Shown here piece by piece: positions 46,123-59,538 of a DNA stretch of 64,000 bases. The DNA is taken from NCBI GenBank assembly GCA_013265495.1, contig MU058531.1:3162911-3226910 (forward strand), written 5' to 3'. Below the pieces are notes generated by a model, which worked only from the letters and a program-made list of their open reading frames with translations, was not told where the DNA came from and made no database searches. Positions within the stretch are counted from its first letter, which is position 1; each line of letters begins with the position of its first letter. Both the position numbers and the translations under genes were made by a program. Source of the DNA: Vicugna vicugna (Eukaryota).

Positions 46123-49100
46123 AAAAATTACTTTCATATAATACTTGGATAACTTTTTTAAAGGAAAGTTTTCCCCAAAATGGAGATTGAAGGGGACTCC
46201 AGCCACCTCTTAGCGATGTCACTGTTAGTTTAATGAGGATTTTGCTTTCTTGTCTTCCTAATCTAAGGCCAGTATGCCCTGTAATCATCAATGATATGAG
46301 TCAGATGTTCGTGCTTACAGTATTTACCCTGGTGTGGGCGCAGAGTGGAGGCCACTTTTAAATACACCTATCTGCTAAAACGCCCTTCCGTGGCAAACAG
46401 AAAAGGCTACGTGGTAGGTGGATCCTCCCAGAAGCACATCCCAGATACTGTGCTGCTGACCTGCATTAGTGTGCTGGGAAGGGTCAGAGGGGCCAGCCCA
46501 AGACTCTGAAGAAGTCTACATTATAAAGTAAAATTTGACCTGTATTGCTGATCCCTGATCACCCAGTACATTGGGGTATCTAAACCTAGTCTGCTTTATC
46601 TCCAGGATACCCAGTTTTACCTCCATCAGCATCTTTCCAAATCTTTTCCCCTTTGCTTTCTATTTAAAGGGTCAACCTGATGCTGATATTTGAAATTTCT
46701 GCAAAGCTCAGCCACCACTTCAAGGATGCTACAGAAGATGAATCATAACAATAACAATTATTAGCATGCTCTAGTGAGTGGCTTTGTGTTTAGAGGCCCC
46801 CAAATGAGACTTATCACAAAATGTGGAGGCAAGGTCGAGAGATATCACTGTCTGACAACAAATCGAATGAGAGGCAGGGCACAGTTGATGAGCTCAGACA
46901 TTTTCTGATTATATTTCAGGGCCCTTCCCAGAAATAACCCATTATCCATTATGATGGGTGCCAGAATCATTCACCCAGGCATGTTAGATAAACTCTACCT
47001 GGAAGCAGCAACATGGCTTCATGCCATGCTCCTTAATAATAAAAGGGCTTGGTACCTGCCAAGGACAGCTGAGGAAGGCGAGTTGGAGGGTAAGAATTGC
47101 AGCCTTTTGAGGGAGGGTGATGTGACCTAGTGATTAACAGGCGAAACAAGCCCAATGTGTCCAGCAGAGGGCAGCAGAAGCAGCCTGCCCCTGCAGGTGG
47201 CCCTGGGACCATGGGCAGCCACTGCGGACATCTGTGCTCCTGGAGATCAGGTCCACAAAGGATAGACCCCAGGAAAGGTACAGCTACAGTGGGAAAGGAA
47301 GTTTGGGGAAAGAGATTTTCTTTTCTGAGAGTGGCCAGCAAGGCTGTTCTGGACATTCCAAGAAAAGAGTCCAGCGGCTACCAAATACCTAAGTTCAAGA
47401 ACTGGAATAATAATTAAAATTTTGCTGAATGAACTTTGCCAAAGTCCTGCTTCAGTCTGATGAGGAAAGCAGCAGGGGCCAGAGGAAGAGTCTGAAACTG
47501 ATGACAGTATTTAAATAGCGTCTTGCTTTAGTGTGCTAAACAGACTTTCTCAGTGGGAAAGGAGCACCCCAAACCTGTCCCTTTTGAGGTGGTGTTCTTC
47601 CCTGAAATCAATCCACTGGCCTGTCTCCTGAGAGGCTGGATTAACCCTCCAAAGCCTCGTAATCCCAAGGGGAAGACTAGAACATAAACTCCTAGTGCCT
47701 CAGCCAAGATAGAAGCAATTAATTAAATTCAGACTGAAACAACCACCTACCCTTCTCTGCAGGCCCCACCAGATTTACCGTTGCTTCTCCTGTGTCTCCA
47801 ACATCCACCCCTCCCCACAACAAAGAGAGATAACATCTTCCCAATAGATCTCCTGCCTTCCACCCTCTTCTCCAGGTCAGTGTTCTCACGGAAGTGACGG
47901 TGAACATGGTGAGGATCGTACACACACAGAGAGGGCCTGCTTCGTCGCCTCCCTTTCTCCATTGGTGAAGCCAGCCATGACTAAGGGTGGTTGAATCTGA
48001 CTGCCCTTGAACACAGCAAGACTTACAGAACCCCGTGTGCAGGGTCAGAGTTATTGCTGCTTGAGATGACTGTCCCAATGGGCTGGGGCAGTAAAGGAAA
48101 TTATTTTGAGAACTTTGTTATCAAAGCTGTAATTTTAAGCAGGCAAAGCTATTGCTGCTGATGTATTCCCAGCCCTTCCCCTGGCCTCAGAGCTAAAGAA
48201 AGTTCTGTCTTCTACTCAACTTCTTCCTCTCCCCAAGCCCTCCCAGCACAGTCGTGTTTTGGGGACTCTCAGAAAGCAGAACTGGGAGGAGAATAACACA
48301 AAAAACGCACAGATTAGGCTGAAGGAGGGTGTTTGAAGTCATGGTTTGGGAAAGAGATACCCAGAAGCATCTGTGTAAGGGGACTGGGTGGGCAAGGACA
48401 TGGGGGATTCCAAGAAGGGTTCTGTGGGTTAGAGCCTTTCCATGACAGTGAAAACACCCAAACAAACACAAACTGTTGCTTGACTGTTTCTTTGATGCAA
48501 GTCTTCCTTGAGAATGGACCGTATGAATCATAGTTTCAATAAAATTACAGGACAGACTAAAGTAATTCTGCCTCTTCCTTTAAACGAGCATTTGCACAAT
48601 TCAGGTAGGCTATCCTGAACCTCATGAGGAATGTGGAAAACTACCTAACTCACAGCATCTCAATTTACCAGAAGCCAAAAACACCAATCAAATCCCTGCT
48701 GTTCCTGATCTTCCCTTCCATGTTATCACTCCAAAAGCTTTCTGGAATCATCTTTGCAGCTTTAAAGCTGTCAGAGGCGTTTCCATTCCATCTCACTTGG
48801 AAAGTTTCTTCTCCTGGACCTTCCACGTCAACATCTCCTTGCTCGGCTGTGGCTGTGCTCTGACCTCTCTCTGTGGCCCAGGCTGACCAGGCTGGTGTTT
48901 TCTACAGTGACGTCTCCCTATGTGACAGGGCTGGTGGTCTTGGTTCAGTTCGTTTTTCTGTCCTAAAGGGACCCTTTTAACATCCAGAACTGGAGGCATT
49001 TAAAGAAGAAAACAGTTGTTCGGTGTAAGTACAGCCACAAGGCCGAAAAAGGTGCTTAGTTAAGTAAGTGTTAAATGTGGATTGAGGTTCATGCCAGAGT

Positions 49101-50092
49101 CTGAGGCATGGAATCAGGAGAGGCTTTTCCTGCTTAAGAGGGAAAACAGAAAGGAGAAGCAACACCAGCTGGACAAAGTGTCCTGGTTACAGACAGAACA
49201 AATTTTGCTATCTGAGCTGCTGGAGTTCTCTCTGCTGCCATCTCCCTCCCTCTCTCTCTCTCTCTCTCTGATGGACTTTTTCTTTCTTCATTGAAGGAGG
49301 ATAAGGGCAGAGATAACTAGGAAGAGTTGGAATTCACTGGGGAAATTACCTCAGAAGCAGGCGATAGAAGAGGGCACCAGAGAAACAGCTCCCCACGTAA
49401 CCATGGTGACGAGCGGAGGAAGGAAGGGAGGGGGAGAAGGAGCAGAGAGCCAGTGCGCGGAGACAGGGCAGGAGGGACCGTGGGGAGGGGAGGGGCGCCC
49501 AGGTCAAGGGGGTGAGTGACAGGAACTGTGAGTCTTTTAAGCTAAATTCAGGTTTTTCAAGGAAGAAAGAATTAATGTATGACTACAATTAATTGGGAAG
49601 GCAGGATGCGTGTTACATTATGGGTTCTTTTTACATTTAGAAAGGGTTGTAAATGTTTCTCATGAGTTTAGCTGTTGTAACAAAACAAGATCAGGAGTGA
49701 GCAGTTGGGAAGTCCGTGGTTAAGTTGGGGGTGGGTGTTGGGAGTAGGAGGAAGGAAGACAGACTCAGAGCCACCTAGAAGCCCGGAGACCAGTCATCCC
49801 CGGCGAGTGCAGCGCCCGGCTGCCTCCTGGTGGCGGTTGTCTTAGGGGAGATTTGCTCCCTGGCTGAAGTGGCAAAACCAAAGCCATGGGTGCCGGATGG
49901 CCAGATACAGTAAATAAAAATACAGGATGCCCAGCTAATTTTAAATGTCAGATAAACAACAAATAATACCTTAGTTCCATGACAGCCCTAAGAAGGTGGC
50001 ACCCACTGATTATATCGTCTTGTTCTCTCACCGCCTATATATTTAAAAAAGAAAGGGGAGAGGGAAGGAGAGAAAAAAGAAGGAAGGAAAGG

Positions 50093-50291
50093 NNNNNNNN
50101 NNNNNNNNNNNNNNNNNNNNNNNNNNNNNNNNNNNNNNNNNNNNNNNNNNNNNNNNNNNNNNNNNNNNNNNNNNNNNNNNNNNNNNNNNNNNNNNNNNNN
50201 NNNNNNNNNNNNNNNNNNNNNNNNNNNNNNNNNNNNNNNNNNNNNNNNNNNNNNNNNNNNNNNNNNNNNNNNNNNNNNNNNNNNNNNNNNN
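50093..50291. other. Assembly gap (199 N) within a purine-rich low-complexity tract
   Basis: N run flanked by GAAG/GGGA repeats. Confidence 0.99.
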
Positions 50292-51439
50292 GGGCGGGTA
50301 GGGAGGGAGGCAGGGCATGAACCCCAAATACTAGTGTCTCTCTAATTACCCAACCACACTCCATCCCCTGTCTCCTTGCCACCACAGGACACTTCCTAAC
50401 CATTCCTCACAATGTATCTTCAAAAAAATCAAATCAGAACAGAGCCACACACAATCAAACCAAATCTCTTCGGCTCCTACAACCTCAGAGTGTCCTTGCC
50501 TGGGTGCTGTGTACGACGACCACCGCCCTACCCCCAGCCTCATCCAGGGGCCTCCGCTCCGACCTCACTATTTACCTTTCTAGCACCTGCCAGGTCTGCA
50601 CCTGCCAGCTAAGCCCGCCTCTCAGCTCCCTGCTTGCACTCGTCTCAGGCCCCTGTCTATGATTAATGCACAGTTCTGAAGCATCCTTAATTAAGTGACA
50701 GGTGTCAATAAATCCTGTCACCATAGCATTTCAAAGAGGTGTTTCATAAAACAAATCAATGTCTGTGGTTCAGCACGTGGTGTGTAGGAATGGTGTTTTT
50801 TGATGGACTTTTCCCATACATCTTACCTCAGCTCCCAGCCCCAGCCCCTGTCTCCAGCCCTAACCAAACATCACTACAGAAAAGTCCAGACACAAGACAA
50901 GAAATTGGCTCATAGAGCATCTTAAAATTTCAGTCAGACCATGCCATTCAGTCTAAAACCCTCCACTGCGCTCTCATTACATTGAGGATAAAATACAGAA
51001 TGTTCACAATGGCCTGTAAACTCTGTAGGATTTTCCCCCACTCCCACATCTCACTCTATTCCAAGCTCGCTGCTGTCCAGTCACGTGGAACCTCTTGCTG
51101 TTCCTGGAAAATGCCAGGTCTTTTCCTGCTGCAGGATCCTGCCCTTGCTTTCCCTTCTGCCTAGAATGCTTCCTTCTGCCCAGCTCTTTGGTTGCACAAA
51201 TCATTCTGATATTTCAGGGCGTGGCTCCAGGCTGCTAAGAAGATTCTATATATCTCTTCAGATTTGTATGCTTCGCTGTATGGATGCCATGCCATAACAA
51301 AAGATAAAATATAAAGTGGACCATCTACAGTAGCTCACTACCACATCAACATCACCCTTTTTATTTACTTCTGGGCAGTGATCACAATCCAATACTCGTG
51401 TTGACGTGTGTATTTGTTTACTGGCTGTCTTCCCCCTAG

Positions 51440-51642
51440 ATCACAAGTTGGCCAAATCCAGCCACCATCTGTTTTAGTAAATTAAGTTTTACTGGAACTC
51501 AGCCACTCCCATTCGTTCACCGTCATCTGCGACGGCTTCTGCGTCACCGTAGCAGAGCTGAGTGGCTGTGACAGAAGTGGCATAGCCCCTCAAAACCTCT
51601 CTCTGCTCTCTGCCCCTTTCCCCAAAAAGTCTGACAACCCCT
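51440..51642 (+). mobile_element. MER58-like hAT MITE inside an L2 remnant
   Basis: ggccaaatccagcc...gttttactggaactcagccactcccattcgtt...gacaacccctg, flanked by ccctagat/ctctagac. Confidence 0.8.
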
Positions 51643-54182
51643 GCTCTAGACTGTAAGCTTCATGAAGACAAGAACCGCATCCGTCTTGTCTGTCTGTATT
51701 TTCAGGGTCCAAACAGTGCCTGGAACAAACTCAGCAACTCTCAACGAAGTTGCCTATGGTTATGCCTCCTGCCAGCTGGCCCCCATGCCGTCCCCCAGTC
51801 TGCCCTTTCCCTCACTGGAGCCCGGCTCCTGGCCAGTGGCCCACAGACTGTAGTTTCTTGCCATCTGCCACCCCCTGCTAGTCCTGCCTCCTGGCTCTGT
51901 ACCTCTGCCCTGGTGCTCCTTGTGCCCTGATGCTGAAAAGTGAGCTGATTACAATAAATAATCCCATCACTCAAAAGCTCCCTCTGCTGTGTGTGGCCTA
52001 TCAGAACCATGTTTTGTAATCAATCATTTTGTGGCATGCCAACCCATTCTCTATAATCACAGAAAGCATGCCTATTTAAAATTTCATTCTTCTATCATTC
52101 AGCTTTTCAGACAACATATTTATTTAGGTCTTTTTCTCTCATAAAAATGATTCATACACACAACCTGAAATTTTGAAAATATAGAAAATAAAAGGTAAAA
52201 AATCACCAGGAGACAATCATTTTAACACTTGGGTATCATTTCTTTCCATTTTTCTTTCTATATTTCTATCCATTTTTTAAGCATACTTGTACAAAACAAC
52301 AAGAAATGGCTAAGAGCAATTTTCTCTCTTGAATTATAACAAGCATTTTTTATATTAGCCATTCTTTGTGAGTTATTATTTTTAGAATCTGCCCTAAACT
52401 ACATTGAGTGGATATATTTGTGAAATATCTCCGTATTGTTGGGAAATATTTATAATATATCCAGATTTTTTATAACCAAAAATAATCATGAATATCTTTG
52501 TGCTTGAAGATTTTTACTTTCTTTTGGATTATTTCCTCAAATAAATTTCCAGGAGCAGAATTACTAGATCAAAGGATATAAATATATATGTATTTTTTGG
52601 GTTCAGATACATATTGTCATGCTCACTTTTTAAAAAGGGATGAAAATCTCTGGGTAAAGGTCTCAAAGTAAATATACTCATGATCTTATTTCCTGTGATC
52701 CAAGTCCAAAAGAATGAAAGACAAGATGTTAAAATATATATTTATACACTTTTCTCAAAATACAAGAGGAAAATTTCAGCAGCTCAAGACAGAAGTACAA
52801 TTTAAACAATAATCAAAATGTAAAACCACAGGGACAAAAGGCAGGACTGGAGCCGGGCAAGCAGGGCTGGAGTACCTCCCCGGACAGGACCGAATGCACC
52901 TTCTGTAACAGGAATCTGAGCTGGGCTTCCCACCCAAGAACGGTGGACGATATAGCTCCGCCCAGGCATCGAGACTGTAGCAGAAATACACTAACTGCTC
53001 AGGGCCAGTGTCCACAGCAGAGTCCCCTTCTGCTCTGTACCACATGAACTGTGCAGAATGGTCACTCCAGAAATGGGGAGCTCTGAGCTGAGCTGCAGAC
53101 ATAGGACATGGGTTGAGTCTGATTAACCCATGAGACCAAGGCCAAGGCAGCTAAGAAACTGCCTCACAGACGAGGGACGTGTGGGAGGAAATTCCCACAC
53201 CATATGAGCTTTCCAGGAAGGGTCAGAAAACACACTTAGCGCAATAGAAAGTAGCCACAAAAGAGAGATTTTATATTCTGAGATGACAGAGATGCAAGAA
53301 GGATCTGAAAAAAAAAAAAACCTCTGAAATGAATCTGTCTAAAATTTTCAAGGAAATTAAAGAAGATAACATCAATACAATCAGAATAGGAGATTATGAA
53401 ACTGAAATAGGTAGATAATAAAAAGAGCATTAAAAAACGTATCCACCCCTCAACTTAAAAATAAAAACTTCCCCTAAAGGAAATGTACTTCACTACGTTG
53501 ACAGAAGAGGGTGATGTTGAACTAGGAATGGCAAATCACTCTAAGTCCATGAAATGAAATGAAGCAAGATAAATCCACACAAAGCTACTCTAAGGAGGAA
53601 AAAACGAGAATCAAAAAATCTTAGCCGGAGAAAATTCTTACCAAAGAACAACCACAAAGCAACCACAAAACCCAAAATCCCAAATGGAATTAATATCTTC
53701 AAACAAGCATTTTGAAATGTGAAAAACCACTTTAAATCAAAAATTCAAAATCCAAGAACAGAAATGGACAAAGCAATAGATAGATATACAGATAGACAGA
53801 AAAGTGATTGAGAAACCAATTGATTGAACTTGGGGAAGAAATAAAAAAAAAATCATTTTAGGAATGAAGGCTAAATCACAAGTACCAAATGGATAATAGA
53901 CTCAAACAAAATTTTAATGAAAAGTATTGAGGAGAGGCAGAAAAATAAACAAGAAAATAAAAATAAAATAAAGAAGGAAAAAGATTCAGGCAGAAAGTGG
54001 TTGAAATGGAAGACAAAGAAAATTAAGGATACACATCATGGAAACTCCTGAAGATGACATGTAAAACAATGGAATAAAATTTATATTTAATCCTATAACC
54101 AAAATGGAGAGCTATACCACATTCAGGTACTGGAAGACAATATTGTTAAGATGTCGACTCTCCCCAGCTTGAACCACAGACT

Positions 54183-55699
54183 TGTCTAGGAAAACTCCTT
54201 GTTGCCCTTTATTCTCACACTCGTAACACTTCTGACACTTCAGACACACTGGATATGTGGGTTTATTCCAATACCCACCAATTTTCCAGCACCAGTTAGC
54301 ATCAGATCCCACCAGTTATGGGCTCAGTCCCACAAGACTGTCCCCCCTTCAGAGGCCAATCACAAGTCTCAGGTTGTCCCTGGTACTTCTGACTGAACAG
54401 CTATAAATCAAAGTTTCTACAACCACCGCTGCAGGTTTAATAATTTGCTAGACCAGGTCACAGAACTCAGGGAAACACTACGTTCACTAGTTTATTATGT
54501 AATAAAGGATACAGACGAACAGCCAGATGAAGAGAGACACGGGGTGAGGTCTGGAAGTATCCAAAGCACAGGAGCTTCTGTTCCCGTGGAGCTGGGTACA
54601 CATTCCTCCTGGCATAGGGGTGTATTTGGAACCACAGGACCCTACGGGGCCTTTCCTGGAAACCGCCCTCCCCACCGCACCCCCGCCCCACGTCCTCCGC
54701 CTGTCTCTTGTCTGTAGAAAACTTTAGCCTTCTAGGCCCTTCTTGAGTTCCAAAGAGTAAATTTAATCAGAGAAGTGAGAAAATGCAGAAAAAAAAGAAA
54801 AACAGTCAAGACAAAAGAATAGCCATTAAACAAAGTTAAGGACCTTCAATTCCTCCTCAAGGGCTACAGTGATATTCTGGGCCATATATCCTTAGAGCTA
54901 TTTTGCAGAGCCTGAAACCCCCACCAGGTGCAAGGAGTTAACTGTACACTGACCACAAGCACATAGACCTCAGACCGGTAGGAAACAGAAGGTTGATGAG
55001 GCTGACTCCCAATTACCTCACCACCAGCCAATCAGAAGAATGTCCATGAGCTGATCACGCAATCCACAATCCCCCTTCCTCATGCTATCTTTAAAAACTT
55101 TTGCCTGCAATCAAGTTCTGGTGTTTTGAGCACTAGCTACCTGGACCCTTTTCTTTGCGCCCCGCAATAAATGCTGCACCTTCCTTCACCACAACCCAGT
55201 GTCAGTAGATTGGCTTTACTGCATGCGGGCAAGTGGACCCAAGTTTGGTTTGGTAACATGTTCACCAACCCAGAAGCTCTCTGAATCCTGTACTCTGGGG
55301 ATTTCTATGAAGGCTGTGTTGCATATGCATGATTGATAATTAACTCAATCTCCAGCCCCTCTCCCTTTCCCAGAGGTTGTGTGGTGGGGCTGAAAGTTCC
55401 AAAATTCTAACTGTGACTTGGTCTTTTTGCTGACCAGCCCACATCGTGAAGCTATCCAGGAACCCACCAAGAGGTGCCTCATTAGAACAAAAGACACTCC
55501 TATTAGCCAGGAAATTCCAGGGATTTTAGGAGCTCTAAGGCAGGAAACAGGATCAAAGACCAAATACTAGAACAAAAGATGCCCCTAGTGCTCTTATTAT
55601 ATAGGAAATTATAAGAGTTTTAGGAGTTCTGTGCCAGAAATCAGGAACAGATTAGATGATAGATAGATAGATAGATAAATAGGTATTTCTATTATTTCA
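54183..55699 (-). mobile_element. MER21-like solo LTR, interrupted by a younger LTR
   Basis: gcatcagatccc...gggctcagtcccacaagactg, cacagaactcagggaaacac, ttcaccaacccagaagctct and ggggctgaaagttccaa resemble MER21 as recalled. Confidence 0.8.
54627..55258 (+). mobile_element. ERV1-class solo LTR nested in the MER21-like LTR
   Basis: TG...GGTAACA termini, AATAAA near 55165, and a probable 4-bp TSD TATT/TGTT; the host sequence resumes at tgttcacc. Confidence 0.75.
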
Positions 55700-55929
55700 G
55701 AAGATTCAATATTGTTAAGATGTCAGTTCTCCCCAAATTGGACTATAAACTCATTTCCAGTCAAGATCCAACAAACTTTACTATAGAAATTGACAAGCTA
55801 TTTCTAAAACTTACGCGGAAATGCAAAATAGAAGAGTCAAAACAATTTTGAAAAAAAAAATAGGAAGGCTTATGTTACTTGACTTTAAAACTTACTATAA
55901 AATGAACCATAATCAGAAAGAGTGGTATT

Positions 55930-56760
55930 CAATGACATATCACCTCACACCTGTTAGAATGACTATTATCAAGAAGATAAGAGATAAATGCTGCAATGGA
56001 TGTGGAGGAAAGGGAACCCTTGTGCACTTGTGTTGATGGGATTATAAATTGGTGTAGCAGCTATGGAAAACAGTATGGAGTTTCCTCAAAAGTTAAAAAT
56101 AGAACTACCATATGATCCAACAATTCCACTTTTGGGAATATATTCAAAGGTAATGAAACTCCTAACTCCAAAAGATATCTGCACCCCCATATTCATAGCA
56201 GCATTATTTACAATAGCCAAGGCATGGAAACAACCCAAGTGTCCATTGATGGACAACAGGATTTAAAAAATTGTAATATATATAAATATATATGAATATT
56301 ATTCAGTCATAAAACGAGAAAATTCTACCATTTGTGACAATATGGATGGACCTTGAAGGCATTATGCTAAGTGAGATAAGTCAGACAAAGAGAGACAAAT
56401 ACTGTATAATCTCACATGTGTGGAATCTTAAAAAAAAAGGAAAAGAAACTCATAGAAATATGATCAGATTTGTGGTTACCAGAGGCAGGAGGGTGGAGGG
56501 TTGGGGGAAGGTGGTCAAAAGGCACAAATTTCCAGTTACAAAATAAATAAGTACTAGGGATGTAATGTACAAAATAATGACTATAGTTTACACTGCTGTA
56601 CGATGCATAGGAAAGTTGATAAGAGAACAGATCCTAAGAATTCTCATCACAAGGAGACCTCTTTTTCCTTTTCTTTTTATTGTATCTGTATGAGATGATG
56701 GATGCCAACTAAACCTATTATGGCAATCATTTCTTAATACATGTAGTTAATTAATTAACA
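55930..56760 (+). mobile_element. L1 ORF2 end/3'UTR (L1MA-like) nested in an older L1
   Basis: [44 protein letters not shown] and WMDLEGIMLSEISQ peptides in broken frames. Older L1 ORF2 remnants flank it (55700-55930, 56800-57150). Confidence 0.9.
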
Positions 56761-58529
56761 AAACAAAACCTAATTACCTCACTCCAAAATTTTTTTAAAA
56801 AATTTTAAAAAATGAATCATAAACCTAAACTTAATACTTAAAGAAATAAAATTCATCAAAGATAATATAGCAAAAAATATTTGTGACCCTGGGGTAGACA
56901 AGGATTTCTTAGAATGGGCACACACAAACAAAAATACCCCACAAAATATAAAAGAAAACTGATCAACTGGATTTCACCAAAATTATATATTTCTGCTCTT
57001 TCAAGTATACTGTTAAAAAAAGAAACAGTCAAGTCACGTAACAGGAGAAAATATTCACAATACATACATAAGACCAAGGACTTGTACCCAGAATATATAA
57101 AGAACTCTTGTAACTCAATAATGAGAAGATAGACTGAACTTTAAAAATTGGAAAGGAAGGAAGATGAGGAAGGAAGAGTTTCAGGCAAAGAATTTTCAAG
57201 CCAAAGTCACACTCCTCCTGATGGAACAGGCTCACTCTAGTCCCTCTGCTGTGCTCAATCACTGGACCAAGAAGCCTAGGGAAGCAGACTCAACACAATG
57301 TGGCTGTGGGTCTAGAGGGGCATGCGGCCGGGCCAGCTGGCAATTCTCCATGGTAGGAAACCCAGTGGTACATTTTCACGGCCACCACATCCTCTTTCTC
57401 TGCTTTCTGTCCTTCTGCCTTTGATCTCGCAAGTATCACTTTTCTCTGAGCCTGTATTCCTCCTTTATACAATCAGAGATACGATCATCAAACCTTAAGC
57501 ATTCTTCTAGCATCTGACAAAGATGAAGAACTGCAGCTCCGTGACCCCCTGGAAACTAAGCAGCAGAAAAATATTATTCTCACTTTTGTCAGGGCCACTA
57601 CTTTTCTGCAGCCCCCCATGCCTTAGCTTAGTGAGTCCCTGCTTCTCTCAGGGAATTCGGCCCCATTCCTACACTGTAATAAGATGCTAGAATGCAGGAA
57701 GTCCCACATTACACCATCAGCCCACTCATGTGTGTGAGTGTGCGTGCGTGTGTGTGTGTGTTCTCTCACAGTGTTAAGCCTTTAAATGTTTCAGGCTTTT
57801 TTTTTTTTGGAAGGCCTGGTGATTCTATTATAAACAATTTTCTGGAGATTCCTCTGGCCTAGTTGAGCTATTAACCTCTGAAGTTGCTATGGGGACCAGC
57901 GGAGTTTAATTTTCAATAAATTATTGATGTAGAGGAAAGAGGCTGTGATGTCTGCCTCGAGGGAAAACAAATGAGGCACTGGAAGATAGGAAAAATGTAA
58001 AAAAACTAAATATATCAAATAACAAAACCAGCCTTTATATCTTTACTCAAATTGTACTGATGGAAAGCTCTCAGAAATTCTGCAGTGTGGGGAATAAGAG
58101 CCCTTATTTCTGTGGACAAGGTCAATTAGCACGTGTTGGATGAATGAATGGGGAATGGGAGAGAGGGTAACCCTGGGACGGTGTTGGGGAAACAGGTCAC
58201 ACTTTACTACTACACAGGTTATATGAATTAAAGAGGTTCATCACCCCATGATTAGCCACTGATTCTAGCTTCTCCTGAGCTCTGTTTCTTCAACCTTGAG
58301 AGATTTCCCTATGAATCACTCATTTACTTTTCAGAATTCTATTTTCTGGGCTGTGGAACTTTGAAAGTTAGTGTCTACAAAAATACCACACTGTGAACTA
58401 GCTCAAAAAAGCCAATGGCAATATATGACTATAGGCCAGAGGTTTCTTGTTGAAGAACTGTAACTACTGTATCCAGGTAGGACAATCGCTCAAGTATGAA
58501 ATAAGGTCACATTAATTTTTCATGACCAC

Positions 58530-59000
58530 ATTTGAATGGCTGGCACCACTGAGCTCATTGCTAGATCTCAGGCTCTTGAAGTGGATACACGGATGGTGAA
58601 CTCTCAGATCCCTGTACAGAGAAGGACTTGCCCCACTGCTGGGAGTGCTGTCAGCAGTGGACCTTCAACTGTCAGCCCCTTCAGTGTCAGCCTCAGCTAC
58701 CGAGAAACACTTTGCCTAAGGTTACACTCCTCCCGGAGCAGCTTATACCCAGTGATGGAGATGGAAGCAGGGGTATGTAGTCTTAGTCATTTCTTCCCAA
58801 TGTGGGGCAACTCTGATGCTTTTGGTTGGCTGTAGGGTTGGTGGGGGCTCTGGACCTACATTTCTGTTCACCTTCTTCCTCAGCCCAGTCCAGCTTCCTT
58901 CTTCTCCTTTCCACATGTGTTAATTTCAAGGGCGCTTCTTGTAAACATCCTGCACACTAAACCCGATCTCAGAGTGTGCTGGTGGAGGACTGAACCTGCC
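58530..59000 (+). mobile_element. LTR16/ERVL-like old LTR
   Basis: cttccttc...taaacatcctgcacactaaa...tctcagagtgtgc...gaacctg 3' end pattern. Confidence 0.55.
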
Positions 59001-59084
59001 CCCTGGCGCCTACCATTGCCAAATAAAATACAGAATGCTCAGTTAAACATGAATTTCAGATATCCAGTGGATAACTTTTGAGTA

Positions 59085-59538
59085 CAGATCTCTCTCAACT
59101 TAACAATGGGATTACATCCAGATAAATCCATCATAAATTGAAAAAGTCCTAAATCAAAAATGCATTTAATACACCTAACCTACTGAAACAAACATCGTAG
59201 CTTAGCCTAGCCTGCCTTAAATGTGCTCGGAACACTTATAATAGCTAAAATTTGGGCAAAATCATCTAACAGAAAGCCTACTTTATAATAAATTTTGAAT
59301 ATCTCATGTAATTTATTGACTACTGTACTGAAAGATAAAAACAGAATGATTGTAAGTGTACTGGTGATCACATGGCTGCTTGGGAGCTGCCGCTGCCCAG
59401 CATAATGAGAGTATTGTACCATATAACATGAGTCCAAGAAAAAAATCAAAATTCAAAGTACAGTTTCTACTAAATGCCTGTTGCTTTTGCACCATCATAC
59501 AGTCAAAAAATCCTAAGTTGAACCAGGGATCATCTTTG
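59085..59538 (+). mobile_element. Tigger2-family (TcMar) MITE inserted in a MER53-like element
   Basis: TA-flanked; aaatgcatttaatacacctaacctac...tagcttagcctagcct...gggcaaaatcatctaac. Host sequence ccaaataaaatacagaatgctcagttaaacatgaatttcaga lies on the left. Confidence 0.85.

Noticed and set aside
49979..50403. ORFs containing X runs
   Set aside because: Artefact of the N gap
55900..56822. aaatgaaccataa/aaatgaatcataa as a TSD of the younger L1
   Set aside because: Each copy can be explained as a different part of the older host L1, so the match is likely coincidental
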